Assembly: GCA_964016885.1 (NCBI GenBank)
Contig: OZ024746.1
Location: 52,514,001-52,578,000 of the forward strand
Length of the DNA stretch: 64,000 nucleotides
Reading direction: 5' to 3'
From: Eledone cirrhosa
Taxonomy: Eukaryota
In this document: piece after piece, positions 61,701 through 64,000 of the stretch
Layout: each line of letters begins with the position of its first letter
How positions within the stretch are numbered: the first letter of the stretch is position 1
Program-made: the position numbers and the translations under genes
The notes under the pieces: model-generated
Seen by the model: only the letters and a program-made list of their open reading frames with translations
What the model was told of the DNA's origin: nothing
The model's database searches: none

Positions 61701-64000
61701 TCTAGTTAGTGGTTGCTGTGATGGTAGTGTTGTTGTTGTTGTTATTGTAGTTAGTGGTTTCTGTGATGGTAGTGTTGTTGTTGTTATTGTAGTTAGAGCT
61801 TGCTGAGATGGTAGTGTTGTTGTTGTTATTGTAGTTAGTGGTTTCTGTGATGGTAGTGTTGTTGTTGTTATTGTAGTTAGTGGTTGCTGAGATGGTAGTG
61901 TTGTTGTTGTTATTGTAGTTAGAGGTTGCTGTGATGGTAGTGTTGTTGTTGTTGTTATTGTAGTTAGTGGTTTTTGTGATGGTAGTGTTGTTGTTGTTGT
62001 TATTGTAGTTAGTGGTTGCTGTGATGGTAGTGTTGTTGTTGTTATTGTAGTTAGTGGTTGCTGAGATGGTAGTGTTGTTGTTGTTATTGTAGTTAGAGGT
62101 TGCTGTGATGGTAGTGTTGTTGTTGTTGTTATTGTAGTTAGTGGTTGCTGAGATAATAGTGTTGTTGTTGTTGTTATTGTAGTTAGTGGTTACTGAGATG
62201 GTAGTGTTGTTGTTGTTATTGTAGTTAGTGATTGCTGAGATGGTAGTGTTGTTGTTGTTGTTGTTATTGTAGTTAGTGGTTTCTGTGATGGTAGTGTTGT
62301 TGTTGTTGTTATTGTAGTTAGGGGTTGCTGAGATAATAGTGTTGTTGTTGTTGTTATTGTAGTTAGTGGTTTCTGTGATGGTAGTGTTGTTGTTGTTGTT
62401 ATTGTAGTTAGGGGTTGCTGAGATAATAGTGTTGTTGTTGTTGTTATTGTAGTTAGTGGTTACTGAGATGGTAGTGTTGTTGTTGTTATTGTAGTTAGTG
62501 GTTGCTGAGATGGTAGTGTTGTTGTTGTTGTTATTGTATTTAGAGGTTGCTGTGATGGTAGTGTTGTTGTTGTTGTTATTGTAGTTAGTGGTTGCTGAGA
62601 TAATAGTGTTGTTGTTGTTGTTATTGTAGTTAGTGGTTGCTGAGATGGTAGTGTTGTTGTTGTTATTGTAGTTAGTGGTTGCTGAGATGGTAGTGTTGTT
62701 GTTGTTGTTATTGTAGTTAGTGGTTTCTGTGATGGTAGTGTTGTTGTTGTTGTTGTTATTGTAGTTAGTGGTTGCTGAGATAATAGTGTTGTTGTTGTTG
62801 TTATTGTAGTTAGTGGTTGCTGAGATGGTAGTGTTGTTGTTGTTGTTATTGTAGTTAGTGGTTTCTGTGATGGTAGTGTTGTTGTTGATGTTATTGTAGT
62901 TAGTGGTTGCTGAGATAATAGTGTTGTTGTTGTTGTTATTGTAGTTAGTGGTTGCTGAGATGGTAGTGTTGTTGTTGTTGTTATTGTAGTTAGTGGTTGC
63001 TGAGATGGTAGTGTTGTTGTTGTTGTTATTGTAGTTAGTGGTTTCTGTGATGGTAGTGTTGTTGTTGTTGTTATTGAAGTTAGTGGTTGCTGTGATGGTA
63101 GTGTTGTTGTTGTTATTGTAGTTAGTGGTTGCTGAGATGGTAGTGTTGTTGTTGTTGTTATTGTAGTTAGTGGTTGCTGAGATGGTAGTGTTGTTGTTGT
63201 TGTTATTGTAGTTAGTGGTTGCTGAGATAATAGTGTTGTTGTTGTTGTTATTGTAGTTAGTGGTTGCTGAGATTGTAGTGTTGTTGTTGTTATTGTAGTT
63301 AGTGGTTGCTGAGATGGTAGTGTTGTTGTTGTTGTTATTGTAGTTAGTGGTTTCTGTGATGGTAGTGTTGTTGTTGTTGTTATTGTAGTTAGTGGTTGCT
63401 GAGATAATAGTGTTGTTGTTGTTGTTATTGTAGTTAGTGGTTGCTGAGATGGTAGTTTTGTTGTTGTTGTTATTGTGGTTAGTGGTTTCTGTGATGGTAG
63501 TGTTGTTGTTGTTGTTATTGTAGTTAGTGGTTGCTGAGATAATAGTGTTGATGTTGTTGTTATTGTAGTTAGTGGTTGCTGAGATGGTAGTGTTGTTGTT
63601 GTTGTTATTGTAGTTAGTGGTTGCTGAGATGGTAGTGTTGTTGTTGTTATTGTAGTTAGTGGTTTCTGTGATGGTAGTTTTGTTGTTGTTGTTATTGTAG
63701 TTAGTGGTTGCTGTGATGGTAGTGTTGTTGTTGTTATTGTAGTTAGTGGTTGCTGAGATGGTAGTGTTGTTGTTGTTGTTATTCTAGTTAGTGGTTGCTG
63801 TGATGGTAGTGTTGTTGTTGTTGTTATTGTAGTTAGTGGTTTCTGTGATGGTAGTGTTGTTGTTGTTGTTATTGTAGTTAGTGGTTGCTGAGATGGTAGT
63901 GTTGTTGTTGTTATTCTAGTTAGTGGTTGCTGAGATGGTAGTGTTGTTGTTGTTGTTATTGTAGTTAGTAGTTTTTGTGATGGTAGTGTTGTTGTTGTTG
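49745..64000. repeat. More homogeneous sub-array dominated by 45-bp monomers with GATAATAGT and TTCTGT variants, built from overlapping kb-scale duplications
   Basis: Marker pairs give offsets of 2229 bp (52147/54376, 52549/54778, 52672/54901), 4845 bp (54064/58909, 54376/59221, 54778/59623) and 2445 bp (60631/63076, 61105/63550). No frame-changing indel and no TGATGT monomer was seen. Confidence 0.85.

Larger units (their letters stand above)
1..64000. repeat. Giant tandem minisatellite/satellite array; monomer GATGGTAGT(GTT)nATTGTAGTTAGTGGTTGCTG(A/T), mostly 42/45 bp
   Basis: The same monomer in the same orientation is visible in every line from base 1 to 64000. Length varies almost only by whole GTT triplets. 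No unique spacer, inversion or foreign insertion was seen. Copy number (about 1,450-1,500) is estimated as 64000 divided by about 43 bp. Confidence 0.99.

Noticed and set aside
1-64000. CRISPR array (constant core of about 30 bp plus variable part)
   Set aside because: The variable part is only (GTT)n. There are no unique spacers, no palindromic repeat, no leader and no cas genes.
1-64000. Plus-strand frame DGSVVVVIVVSGC(C/*), where TGA alternates with TGT/TGC, suggesting selenocysteine or UGA=Cys recoding
   Set aside because: The product would be an implausible poly-Val polymer. The same base is the wobble position of the antisense Thr frame, so the toggle needs no recoding. There is no SECIS-like unique sequence, and the +1 insertions create an immediate TAG.
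1-64000. Concatemer made de novo by telomerase-like or rolling-circle reverse transcription from one template
   Set aside because: Variants are inherited in long ordered blocks duplicated at kb scale, which indicates DNA-level duplication rather than repeated copying of one short template. No RT gene is present.
1-64000. Bisulfite-converted or synthetic low-complexity sequence (C nearly absent on the + strand)
   Set aside because: Non-CpG cytosines are consistently retained (TGCTG, TTCTG, TCTAG), and the nested duplication history looks like natural array evolution.
1-64000. Canonical telomere tract or strong G-quadruplex array
   Set aside because: There are no tandem TTAGGG/TTAGG units. 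G runs are almost all GG and widely spaced.
1-64000. Assignment to a named gene or organism
   Set aside because: There is no unique sequence to anchor it, and I do not recognise the monomer with confidence.

Overview
The whole 64-kb window is one uninterrupted head-to-tail tandem array with no unique sequence, and both array ends lie outside the window. The monomer is a fixed core of about 30 bp carrying a variable (GTT)n tract: GAT GGT AGT (GTT)n ATT GTA GTT AGT GGT TGC TG(A/T). It is mostly 42 or 45 bp (range 33-48), giving roughly 1,450-1,500 copies. The + strand is extremely G/T-rich (42-mer consensus G15 T20 A6 C1). Shared variants reveal nested higher-order repeats from 84 bp to about 5 kb, and three zones with different variant repertoires. 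On the minus strand two overlapping frames of the consensus are open: Thr-rich TTTTLPSQQPLTTI and Asn-rich NNNNNTTISATTNY. The long ORFs in the track come from these frames, but both are repeatedly broken by amplified stop variants. The best-supported reading is a microsatellite-derived minisatellite/satellite, probably eukaryotic; a degenerate mucin-type repeat exon is a weaker alternative. No recognisable gene, RNA gene, mobile element or CRISPR array is present, and I cannot support a novel biological system from this sequence alone.
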